Origin: a bacterium
Lineage (GTDB): Bacteria > Patescibacteriota > Microgenomatia > UBA1406 > GWC2-37-13
Direction: 5' to 3'
Length of the DNA: 64,000 nucleotides
NCBI GenBank assembly: GCA_021825445.1
Contig: JAKAHA010000005.1
Span: forward strand, 21,316-85,315
Part shown: positions 38,565 through 46,875 of the stretch, piece after piece
How the letters are laid out: each line of letters starts with the position of its first letter
Position numbering within the stretch: the first letter of the stretch is position 1
The notes under the pieces: model-generated
Told to the model about the DNA's origin: nothing
Seen by the model: only the letters and a program-made list of their open reading frames with translations
Databases searched by the model: none
Program-made: the position numbers and the translations under genes

Positions 38565-39889
38565 GGTTTTAATTTAGCTTTAATAGCTTTTTCTAATGGT
38601 AATTTTATCTCAAACGCCTGATCAAATACAATGGATTGATATTTAAAGTAAGAACGAAGCTCATAGACACAGGAAACGGTAAGTATCAAGTAAAAAGTAG
38701 AAAATATTAGGTATTTAGCTATTTTTTTATTTAATGACAATCTTGTAGCGATCGCTACAAGATTGTAAATAGCATTTCCAACAAAATATACTATTGAAGG
38801 AAGTGCAGTAAAAGTTCGAAGCATATTTGGATTTTCCCAAGGGTAAGTCATAAGAGCCGGAAATAAAGAAATTAAGAAATAAAATAGAAAAAAATAGTTC
38901 GTAGTTCGTAGTACGTAGTTCGTAGTTGCTGTTATTAAACCTATCAAGAACAAAATTCCCATGATTGGATTTAGGGCGGGTTTGTTGGGATAGTTATGGC
39001 GACCATTGACATCACCTTTAAAATTAAACATCAAAGACGTCTTGGAAATATTACTCCAAAGTCCGCCTATTTTTTCATTAATCGTCACTTCGTTGTTTTT
39101 TAAAAAAAATTGTTGGTCAACACGAATGTCTTTGTTTGACATAAGGTAAGTCGTTAATGGAGTGATGATGATTATGAAGGGAATTAGAAACAATAAAAAT
39201 TGTTTAATTGTTACATTGTTCCATTGTTTTATTGTTAAAAACAAATACATAACCGGCAAAAGAAAAAAGATTCGTCCGGGGGTGTAGGAGAGAAAAGCGA
39301 GACCTGCAAATAAACCAGAAATTATCAAGTAAAAGCTCGATTCCGAATTTTTTAGCCCGCCACACCCCCACGGGGGCCCCTGGCGATTAGCTAAAAAACC
39401 CGGACTCTTTGCTTTTGAAAATTCATCGAACTTTAATAAAAAATATATTGACATTAATTCCAAAAATAAAAGGAAAGTTGCTTCAAATGAAAAACGAGTA
39501 AAATTCAAAAACCAACGTGATGTTAGGAGGATTATAGGTAGAGACAAGGCAATGCCTTGTCTGTACAAAATGTTTTTTTGATAAATAATTTTCAGGATAA
39601 AATAAAATATAACTACTGATAAAATTCCAAAAATTGCTGCTGGAAATCTGAGGGCAAAAGTATTTATTCCAAAAGTTTTTAAAGAAGTAAGCAATACGTA
39701 AAAATATAAAGTTGAGTGACCTGTTGCCAATTGAGAATATGGAATATATGGTTTGTTATTTAGGGATAGTGCAAGTTTAGTAAATTCAACTTCATCAAAA
39801 GTAAGATTTTTTGGAATCTCGGAAAAACGATAAAAAATTAGAAAAGCAGAAATTATTGTTAAAAAAATAATTGGAAGAATTTTTTTCAT
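38561..39889 (-). CDS. GT-C fold glycosyltransferase-like membrane protein carrying two nucleotide-level repeat insertions
   Basis: First loop LTFDEVEFTKLALSL, many TM helices. Contains the heptanucleotide array (38895-38929) and family-2 element F2 (39348-39398). Confidence 0.7.
   Translation of the reverse strand: MKKILPIIFLTIISAFLIFYRFSEIPKNLTFDEVEFTKLALSLNNKPYIPYSQLATGHSTLYFYVLLTSLKTFGINTFALRFPAAIFGILSVVIFYFILKIIYQKNILYRQGIALSLPIILLTSRWFLNFTRFSFEATFLLFLELMSIYFLLKFDEFSKAKSPGFLANRQGPPWGCGGLKNSESSFYLIISGLFAGLAFLSYTPGRIFFLLPVMYLFLTIKQWNNVTIKQFLLFLIPFIIIITPLTTYLMSNKDIRVDQQFFLKNNEVTINEKIGGLWSNISKTSLMFNFKGDVNGRHNYPNKPALNPIMGILFLIGLITATTNYVLRTTNYFFLFYFLISLFPALMTYPWENPNMLRTFTALPSIVYFVGNAIYNLVAIATRLSLNKKIAKYLIFSTFYLILTVSCVYELRSYFKYQSIVFDQAFEIKLPLEKAIKAKLKP
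38895..38929. repeat. Heptanucleotide tandem array (tagttcg x5, imperfect) inside the ORF
   Basis: tagttcg tagttcg tagtacg tagttcg tagttgc. 38902-38925 is 21/24 identical to 61460-61483. Confidence 0.7.
39348..39398. repeat. GC-rich hairpin element, family 2, copy F2 (inside the ORF, antisense to it)
   Basis: ttttttagcCCGCCAcaCCCCCacGGGGGccccTGGCGattagctaaaaaa with outer TTTTTTAGC/GCTAAAAAA arms. Translated in the host ORF as FLANRQGPPWGCGGLKNS. Confidence 0.7.
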
Positions 39890-39911
39890 TTGTTTTTATT
39901 ATAATAAATTT

Positions 39912-40685
39912 ATGTCACAATATTATAATCCTAAAAGAAAATCATATCTTTATACGCCAGGGTCACCTTCACCATTTCGTTTAAGTCGAAGTAAGATTGA
40001 TTTATTTTTAAATTGTCCGAGATGTTTTTACTTTGACAGGCGTTTAGGAGTGGCACAACCTCCAGGGTTTCCTTTTTCACTTAACTCTGCAGTTGATAAA
40101 CTGCTCAAAAAAGAATTTGATATCCACAGAGCCGATGGGACTCCTCATCCTTTGATGAAAACATATAAGATTGACGCAGTTCCCCTGAAAGATAAAAATA
40201 TGGATAAATGGCGAGACGCACTTCGCGGGGGAATCGAATATTTTCATAAAGATACAAAATTAAATATTACTGGAGGAATTGATGATATCTGGGTCAATCC
40301 AGCGGGCGAGCTAATAATAGTCGATTATAAAGCGACTTCAAAGACCGGAGATGTATCGCTTGACGCTGATTGGCAGATTGGATACAAGAGGCAGATGGAA
40401 ATTTATCAATGGTTATTTCGAAAAAATAATTATAAAGTTTCTTCAACGGGTTATTTTGTCTATTGTAACGGCGACGCCGACCGCGAGGCTTTTGACGGAA
40501 AACTGGAATTTGATATTAAGATTTTGCCATATGTGGGGGATGATTCTTGGATTGAGAAAACAATTTTAGATATTCACAAATGCCTAAACGGGGCTCTTCC
40601 CGAGTCGGGAAAAGATTGTGATTATTGTAAATATCGCGAAGCCATCAATGATATTTTCCCTGCAGGTCAAGTAACTTTATTTTAA
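39912..40685 (+). CDS. PD-(D/E)XK nuclease superfamily protein (Cas4/RecB-nuclease-domain-like with Cys cluster)
   Basis: N-terminal CPRCFYF plus C-terminal CDYCKY cysteines. Core D-x(n)-IVDYK (GELIIVDYKATSK) and QMEIYQWLF (QxxxY). Confidence 0.75.
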   Translation: MSQYYNPKRKSYLYTPGSPSPFRLSRSKIDLFLNCPRCFYFDRRLGVAQPPGFPFSLNSAVDKLLKKEFDIHRADGTPHPLMKTYKIDAVPLKDKNMDKWRDALRGGIEYFHKDTKLNITGGIDDIWVNPAGELIIVDYKATSKTGDVSLDADWQIGYKRQMEIYQWLFRKNNYKVSSTGYFVYCNGDADREAFDGKLEFDIKILPYVGDDSWIEKTILDIHKCLNGALPESGKDCDYCKYREAINDIFPAGQVTLF

Positions 40686-41391
40686 AAATATCTTTTAAAG
40701 TCTCAATTGTATCTCGAATAAAATTGACATTTTTTGTCTCCACATGTCTCCAAACGACAGGTACTTCGATTATTTTATAACCAAATTTTTGACCTAAAAA
40801 TAAAAATTCTATATCAAAACCTGCAGAAACCGATGAGTCTTTAGCGATTCTTTTGTCATGAAAAACCTGAAGTTTATCGATAATTTTCAAAGCAGCTTGC
40901 CTTTCAAATAATTTAAAACCGCACTGAGTATCTTTAATTCCTTTTAAACCAATAATTATGTTTCGAATTATAATAAATCCTTTAGCCATAATTTTTCGAA
41001 GAATCGGGGCACCTACCCGACTATTGTTACGTGAGCCAATCACAATTTGCCCGCCTTCATTTGTTTTGGAAATTAATTTTTCCACTTCTTCAATTGGGGT
41101 TGCCAAGTCAATGTCTGAGAAAACTACATAATCATATTTAGCTTGTCTAATACCAGTTAAGACAGCAAATGCTTTTCCCTGATGGGAGTTTTCTATCAAC
41201 CTAAATTTTGGAAAAGTTTTTAAGTATTTATTTTTTATGACTTTTTTTGAAGAATCATTTGAACCATCATCAACGATTAAAACTTCAGAAAACCTAACAT
41301 CTTGCATTGTGTAATTACCGATTTTATCCAAAACACCTTTTTGAATATTAGCCTCTTCGTTATAGCAGGGAATTATTAAAGATGTCTTCAT
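40645..41391 (-). CDS. Family 2 glycosyltransferase, dolichyl/polyprenyl-phosphate sugar synthase-like catalytic domain
   Basis: SLIIPCYNEEANI, IVDDGSNDSS, FSDIDLATP, TQCGFKLF. Confidence 0.85.
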   Translation of the reverse strand: MKTSLIIPCYNEEANIQKGVLDKIGNYTMQDVRFSEVLIVDDGSNDSSKKVIKNKYLKTFPKFRLIENSHQGKAFAVLTGIRQAKYDYVVFSDIDLATPIEEVEKLISKTNEGGQIVIGSRNNSRVGAPILRKIMAKGFIIIRNIIIGLKGIKDTQCGFKLFERQAALKIIDKLQVFHDKRIAKDSSVSAGFDIEFLFLGQKFGYKIIEVPVVWRHVETKNVNFIRDTIETLKDIFKIKLLDLQGKYH

Positions 41392-42848
41392 CTGACTAAT
41401 TTGTAAATTTTAACACCCGCCACCTCCCACTCTCCAATTATTTTATTTGGTGCAAAAAAGGCAATATCCCATTGAGGATTGCCTATGATAAGAGGGCATT
41501 TTTTTTCACAGACGACAAATAGCTCATTTGTCTTTTCAATCGAATCTTTTTCCTCGGCTCTTTTCCCCCAGATCTCCAGAAAATAACGATATGATGAATC
41601 GGAATATTTTTCCGGTAGTGCAGTTACAGTATATTTTTTGTCTCCAACATTATCAAAAATTTTTTTGGCAATACTTTTTGCAAACGAAATTTGGTTATTC
41701 GGTTGTCTATTAAAATAAGGATATTTTTGAAAATTAAGAAAGATAAAACCAATTATAAAAAAAATCGTTAAAAACTTTTCTAAAATAGTTCCTTTTGGGA
41801 AATCTAGAAAATATCCTATGATGATGTAATAAAGTGGGTAGAGGATCACAAGATAATGAGGATGTTTTGGACCACTATATAGGGACATTCCTAAAATTGC
41901 CAAAAGAAATATAAAAAGCAATGTTTTTAAATGAGATTTTTTTATGATTAAAGTAAATAAAATCATAAAAAGAAACAACATTAAGAGATAAACAAAGATT
42001 TTATTCAGATCGATATTAAAAGAATATAAATTTAAATAATAAAACGAATCAAAAAAACTGTTTACCTTTGTCAAAAAACTGGAACCTGAAGATCGAAAAA
42101 GATTTATAAAATTTTTACTATTTAGAAAATTGTGTCGAAGATCAAAGACGATAAGGGGAGAAGAAAAAAAGATAAAAGAAAAAATCATCAGTAAATAATT
42201 GCTAAATTGCTTCATTGTTATATTGCCAGACTGTTTTATTTTTTTTATTAAATCGTTTGCAAATAATACAGCAATTGGTGGAATAAGAAAAAGAGCCAGA
42301 TAATGAAGCTGAATGGAAAACGAAATAAAGGTGCCAAGCAGTGCAAAAAAATACCACTTATTAGTTTCCAAACTTTTTATTGCAAAATAAACTGTCAGTA
42401 AAGTAAATAATGGCAAAAGATTGGGATTCCATGAGTATCGAGAAAAGTCGATCAATACTGATGAGAAACTAAGAAATAAAGTAGAGATTAAAGAAATTCT
42501 TTTGTTAAATAACTCTTTGACAATTAGATAGTTAATTAAAAGATAGATCGAGGAAAAAAAAGCAACTCCAAAAGCCAGACCTACTGGTTGGTAATTAAAT
42601 AAAAGTAGCCAGGGAGTTATGAAATAATAATAAAAAGGACCCAAGTATACTTGACCGATTGATGTTGGAGCACCGATTGCCGGAAGATGTTCTAATGTTA
42701 ATATTCTTTTGGCGATAATTACATCTCGCCCCTGATCGCCTAAGAAAGTGACGAAACCTTCAAGACGATAAAATCGCAAAAATATACCCACAAGAATCAC
42801 TACGATTAAAATCCAATTCTTTGCTACAATGTTAGTTATGCGACGCAT
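41388..42848 (-). CDS. Polytopic membrane protein, GT-C-like
   Basis: 486 aa, many TM helices, first-loop FLGDQGRDVIIAKRIL, C-terminal soluble domain. Confidence 0.6.
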   Translation of the reverse strand: MRRITNIVAKNWILIVVILVGIFLRFYRLEGFVTFLGDQGRDVIIAKRILTLEHLPAIGAPTSIGQVYLGPFYYYFITPWLLLFNYQPVGLAFGVAFFSSIYLLINYLIVKELFNKRISLISTLFLSFSSVLIDFSRYSWNPNLLPLFTLLTVYFAIKSLETNKWYFFALLGTFISFSIQLHYLALFLIPPIAVLFANDLIKKIKQSGNITMKQFSNYLLMIFSFIFFSSPLIVFDLRHNFLNSKNFINLFRSSGSSFLTKVNSFFDSFYYLNLYSFNIDLNKIFVYLLMLFLFMILFTLIIKKSHLKTLLFIFLLAILGMSLYSGPKHPHYLVILYPLYYIIIGYFLDFPKGTILEKFLTIFFIIGFIFLNFQKYPYFNRQPNNQISFAKSIAKKIFDNVGDKKYTVTALPEKYSDSSYRYFLEIWGKRAEEKDSIEKTNELFVVCEKKCPLIIGNPQWDIAFFAPNKIIGEWEVAGVKIYKLVR

Positions 42849-43947
42849 ATATTCTTACTTAATTTTAACAGCTATTGTTTTAATTTCTACTATTGTTCTT
42901 TGGAGAAGTGTTGGAATGCTCACTATATATAGACAATATGATGGACCGCTATACATAGTACCAGCAAAAACTTTTTATGATCCAGCAAAAATTGAACAGT
43001 TAAAATTAGAGACAGGGTTGAGCACAAAATATTATGCAGCTCATCTACCGTTGTATCCTGTACTTATTAGACTAATGAGTCTAATTCCAATTGGAAATCT
43101 TAAATATTTAAAATCGATGATTGGAATAAATTTGTTATCAACAATTGGATTGGTATTATTTTTTTATTATCTACTAAAGAAGTTTAATCTGACAAAAAAT
43201 CCATTAATGCTGGCTTCAGTATTATTATTTCTTCCTAGATTTTTGGTAGTCAGATCGGCTGGAGCACCAGAAAGTTTGTTTATGTTGCTTATTTTGTTAT
43301 CACTTTTCTTTTTTGAAAAGGAAAAATTTTGGCTGGCAGGGTTATTTGGAGGACTGGCGACGATGACAAAAACACCTGGAATTCTTTTATTTCCCGCATA
43401 CATGTTTGTGTTATTTGAGTCATTTGTCATCCCCGTGAAGACGGGGATCCAGTCTAAAATGTTCAACTTTAAATGGCTTTATCTATTATTAATTCCTTTA
43501 GGTTTATTAGTTGTGTTTGGAATTTATGCGGTACAATATAAAGATTTTTTTGCCTACTTTCATTCTGGAGACAATATTCACTTGGTTTTTCCTTTTTCCG
43601 TTTTTAATTTTCAAAAACCTTGGGTTGGGACGGCATGGCTTGAAGAAATAATATTTTATTATTTTATGTATGGGCTGGCAATCATCAATTTGAAAGACAG
43701 TAAATATAGAAGTTTTTTTTATTTCGGTTTAGTATTTTTTACAGCTACTTTATTTGTGGAGCATCGTGATATCAGTCGTTACTCTTTACCCCTTTGGCCA
43801 CTGGCTTTAATTGCTTTTGAAAAGTTTTTTACTTCAAAAAAATTTCTGATTATTTTTGTAATATTATTACCAGCCATTTTTTTATATGCTTGGAATTTAC
43901 TGCTTTATAATGTCATGCCGATCAGTGATTGGGCGGCATTTTTGTGA
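42838..43947 (+). CDS. Polytopic membrane protein, GT-C-like, carrying an in-frame family-1 element
   Basis: About 10 TM helices. Alternative starts are at 42829 or 42838. Contains VIPVKTGIQ, encoded by the palindrome at 43426-43452. Confidence 0.5.
   Translation: MRRIYSYLILTAIVLISTIVLWRSVGMLTIYRQYDGPLYIVPAKTFYDPAKIEQLKLETGLSTKYYAAHLPLYPVLIRLMSLIPIGNLKYLKSMIGINLLSTIGLVLFFYYLLKKFNLTKNPLMLASVLLFLPRFLVVRSAGAPESLFMLLILLSLFFFEKEKFWLAGLFGGLATMTKTPGILLFPAYMFVLFESFVIPVKTGIQSKMFNFKWLYLLLIPLGLLVVFGIYAVQYKDFFAYFHSGDNIHLVFPFSVFNFQKPWVGTAWLEEIIFYYFMYGLAIINLKDSKYRSFFYFGLVFFTATLFVEHRDISRYSLPLWPLALIAFEKFFTSKKFLIIFVILLPAIFLYAWNLLLYNVMPISDWAAFL
43426..43452. repeat. Family-1 GC-rich hairpin unit inside the ORF
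   Basis: gtcATCCCCGTgaagACGGGGATccag. Stem substitutions are compensatory relative to 22827-22846. Confidence 0.75.
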
Positions 43948-43958
43948 TAGAATTGGAT

Positions 43959-44975
43959 ATGAAAAAATTTTTGAAAAAACGATGGTATTTAATCCTAATA
44001 ATTTTAATTATTGGATTTTTTATTTATCGAAATCAAACAACCGTTCAAGGTAAAATCGAGACGTATAAAATAAAAAAGGAAGATTTAAGAGAAACTCTTT
44101 CTTTATCGGGAAAGATTGAGGCTGATGAAAAAGTTAATTTAAAATTTCAAACCTCAGGAAGATTGGCTTGGGTTGGGGTCAAAGAGGGAGATGCTGTAAA
44201 AAAATATCAAATGATTGCCACTCTTGACCAAAGAGATTTGAAAAATCGCATGCAAAAATATTTGAATACTTTTGCTTCAGCTCGCAATACTTTCGAACAG
44301 ACGAAAGTTGAGAATTGGAATGAGCAGTTTGATATTTCCGAAACTGTCCGAAAAGCGGCGGAGCAAACACTCAAAAATAATCAATTTAGCTTAGAAAATA
44401 CCGTACTGGATGTTGAGTATCAGAATTTAAGTTTGGAATACGCCAATCTTTGGACTCCGATTGAGGGAATAGTTACCCACGTTTCAGCTCCTTTTCCTGG
44501 AGTAAACATCACTCCTGCCGGAGCGGAATTTGATATTGTTAACCCAAAGACTTTATATTTTTCAGTGACGGCAGAACAGTCTGATGTGATCAAATTAGAA
44601 GAGGGGATGGTGGGCGATATAATTTTGGACTCTTATCCTGATGAAACTTATCAAGGAAAACTATACTATGTTTCTTTTGCCCCAAAAGATGGTGAGACTG
44701 GAACGGTCTACGAACTGAGATTAAATTTAGATGATAAAATAAAAAAATTACCTCTGAAGTTGGGGATGACAGGAGATCTAGATTTTGCTTTAAGAGAGAT
44801 AACAGACGTCATTTCCGTTCCAACAAGATTTATCAAAAAAGATTCTAAAGGAAATTTTGTTCAGATTATAAAAGATAATAGTAAAGAAAAAAGATATATT
44901 AAATTAGGACAAGAAATCGATGGAAAAGTAGAAATTAAATTTGGGGTAACGAGCGGAGAAGTAATATATGATTAA
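43959..44975 (+). CDS. HlyD-family periplasmic adaptor (MacA-like)
   Basis: N-terminal TM, then a barrel-sandwich/coiled-coil pattern (LSGKIEADEKVNLKFQTSGRLAWVGVKEGD). Upstream of the MacB-type ABC genes. The track ORF starts at 43929. Confidence 0.8.
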   Translation: MKKFLKKRWYLILIILIIGFFIYRNQTTVQGKIETYKIKKEDLRETLSLSGKIEADEKVNLKFQTSGRLAWVGVKEGDAVKKYQMIATLDQRDLKNRMQKYLNTFASARNTFEQTKVENWNEQFDISETVRKAAEQTLKNNQFSLENTVLDVEYQNLSLEYANLWTPIEGIVTHVSAPFPGVNITPAGAEFDIVNPKTLYFSVTAEQSDVIKLEEGMVGDIILDSYPDETYQGKLYYVSFAPKDGETGTVYELRLNLDDKIKKLPLKLGMTGDLDFALREITDVISVPTRFIKKDSKGNFVQIIKDNSKEKRYIKLGQEIDGKVEIKFGVTSGEVIYD

Positions 44976-45639
44976 AATTTCTCATGTTAATAAAGAATAC
45001 GTTTTAGATGCTGACAATATTTTTCATGCACTGACCGATATTAATGTTGAAATAAAAGATAAGGAATTTGTCTCAATCATTGGACAATCAGGATCGGGAA
45101 AATCTACCTTAATGCACATTATTGGTTTACTAGATAGACCGACCACAGGTAAAGTAACTGTCAATGACCAAGATGTCTCAAAACTTAATGATGATGAAAT
45201 TTCTTTGCTTCGAAATGATTTTGTCGGATTTATCTTTCAACAATTTAATTTAATTAACAAATTAACAGTAATAGAAAATGTTATGTTGCCGTCAATTTAT
45301 TCTAGGAAAAAGTTGACTTTTGATCCTCAACAAAAAGCCTTTGAACTTTTGAAAAGGTTTGGACTTGAGACAAAAATTAAATCATATCCAAATAAACTTT
45401 CGGGTGGACAACAACAAAGAGTTGCGATCGCCAGGGCACTGATTATGAGTCCAAAATTAATTCTTGCTGATGAACCAACGGGGAATCTTGATTCAAAATC
45501 AGGTGAAATAGTACTTTCATTAATAAGGGATTTAAACCATAAAGAAAAGATTACAGTAATTATCGTTACTCACGATATGAATGTTGCCAAACAGGCAAGC
45601 AGGATCATAAGGATTAAAGACGGTAAAATCGAGAAATAA
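44968..45639 (+). CDS. ABC transporter ATP-binding protein (MacB/LolD type)
   Basis: Walker [10 protein letters not shown], signature [15 protein letters not shown], Walker [13 protein letters not shown]. Confidence 0.92.
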   Translation: MIKISHVNKEYVLDADNIFHALTDINVEIKDKEFVSIIGQSGSGKSTLMHIIGLLDRPTTGKVTVNDQDVSKLNDDEISLLRNDFVGFIFQQFNLINKLTVIENVMLPSIYSRKKLTFDPQQKAFELLKRFGLETKIKSYPNKLSGGQQQRVAIARALIMSPKLILADEPTGNLDSKSGEIVLSLIRDLNHKEKITVIIVTHDMNVAKQASRIIRIKDGKIEK

Positions 45640-45648
45640 AAACTACTT

Positions 45649-46860
45649 ATGAATTATTTTATATTTATTATAACCAGTGCATATGTCGACTTAATGCGTA
45701 ATAAAGCTCGGACATTTTTGACAACTTTAGGAATTGTAATCGGAGTTGCGTCTGTTGTTTTGCTCCAGGCTTTTGGACTAGGACTTAAAGCGTATATTAA
45801 GGGGCAGTTTGATAGTCTTGGTACAAATTTAGTTTTTATATTGCCTGGAAATATGTTTAGGGCGGGAGGAAGCGGGTTTGGAGCAGGCTCAATGGGGTCA
45901 GCAATCTCTTTTGACGAAAAAGATTTAAATAGTCTAAAAAGAGCTAGTGATGCAGAAATTATAGTACCATCGACCATGAAAAGTTCTAAAATTGAGGCAT
46001 TGGGAAAAAGTGAATATGCAACAATTTATGGAACGAGTGAAGAAATTTTTCCCACAAGAAATTTAGAAATTGATAAAGGGACATTTTTTTTAAAAAGCGA
46101 TATAAATAAAAGAACAAAAGTGGCTGTAATGGGTCCAAAAATTGCTGAAAAACTTTTTGGACAAGCTGAATTTGCGGTAGATCAAAAGATTAGCATTGAT
46201 AAAATTACATTTAAAGTAGTTGGCGTTTTGAAATCAAAAGGAGGTGGAGGATTTGGCGGACCTGATTTTGATAGTTATGTTTATATTCCTTATAAAACTG
46301 CCTTTTTAGTAAATAATAAAAAAAGCTTCTCAAGCTTTGTTATTAAGGCGATATCATCAGAAAGAATTACTGATTTAAAGAATGAAACAGATAAGATTTT
46401 ACTGAAAAGATATAAAGAAGAAGATTTTTCAGTAGCCGAATCAAAGGAGATATTAAACACCGTTGAATCAATTTTCTCAATGTTAAATATGGTATTGGTT
46501 GCAATTGGAGGAGTTTCTCTTGTAGTTGGAGGAATAGGGATAATGAATATTATGTATGTATCGGTCACCGAGCGGATAAGAGAGATTGGCATAAGGCGAG
46601 CAATGGGAGCTTTGGAAAAAGATATTTTACTTCAATTTTTGTCGGAATCAGTATTGCTTTCACTGCTTGGAGGAGTGTTGGGATTATTATTGTCTTTTCT
46701 TATCGTTTTAATTTTAAGAATATTTTTTCCTGCATATATTGATTTGAGTTCAATGTTGATGGCGATATTTGTCTCGTCAGCTATTGGAGTTGGTTTTGGT
46801 GTATTTCCTGCTAGGTCAGCCGCAAAACTTCTACCTATTGAAGCGATTCGTTATGAATAA
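45649..46860 (+). CDS. MacB/FtsX-type ABC permease with large extracytoplasmic domain, paralog 1
   Basis: 403 aa. MacB_PCD-like loop, poly-Gly KSKGGGGFGG, C-terminal FtsX domain (ERIREIGIRRAMGA). Confidence 0.88.
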   Translation: MNYFIFIITSAYVDLMRNKARTFLTTLGIVIGVASVVLLQAFGLGLKAYIKGQFDSLGTNLVFILPGNMFRAGGSGFGAGSMGSAISFDEKDLNSLKRASDAEIIVPSTMKSSKIEALGKSEYATIYGTSEEIFPTRNLEIDKGTFFLKSDINKRTKVAVMGPKIAEKLFGQAEFAVDQKISIDKITFKVVGVLKSKGGGGFGGPDFDSYVYIPYKTAFLVNNKKSFSSFVIKAISSERITDLKNETDKILLKRYKEEDFSVAESKEILNTVESIFSMLNMVLVAIGGVSLVVGGIGIMNIMYVSVTERIREIGIRRAMGALEKDILLQFLSESVLLSLLGGVLGLLLSFLIVLILRIFFPAYIDLSSMLMAIFVSSAIGVGFGVFPARSAAKLLPIEAIRYE

Positions 46861-46875
46861 TATAATGGTAACGAA

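Noticed and set aside
43167-43466. Track ORF 43167..43466(-), MNILDWIPVFTGMT...
   Set aside because: It starts inside the family-1 palindrome and is antisense to a long membrane-protein ORF. This is a typical artefact created by translating the hairpin element.
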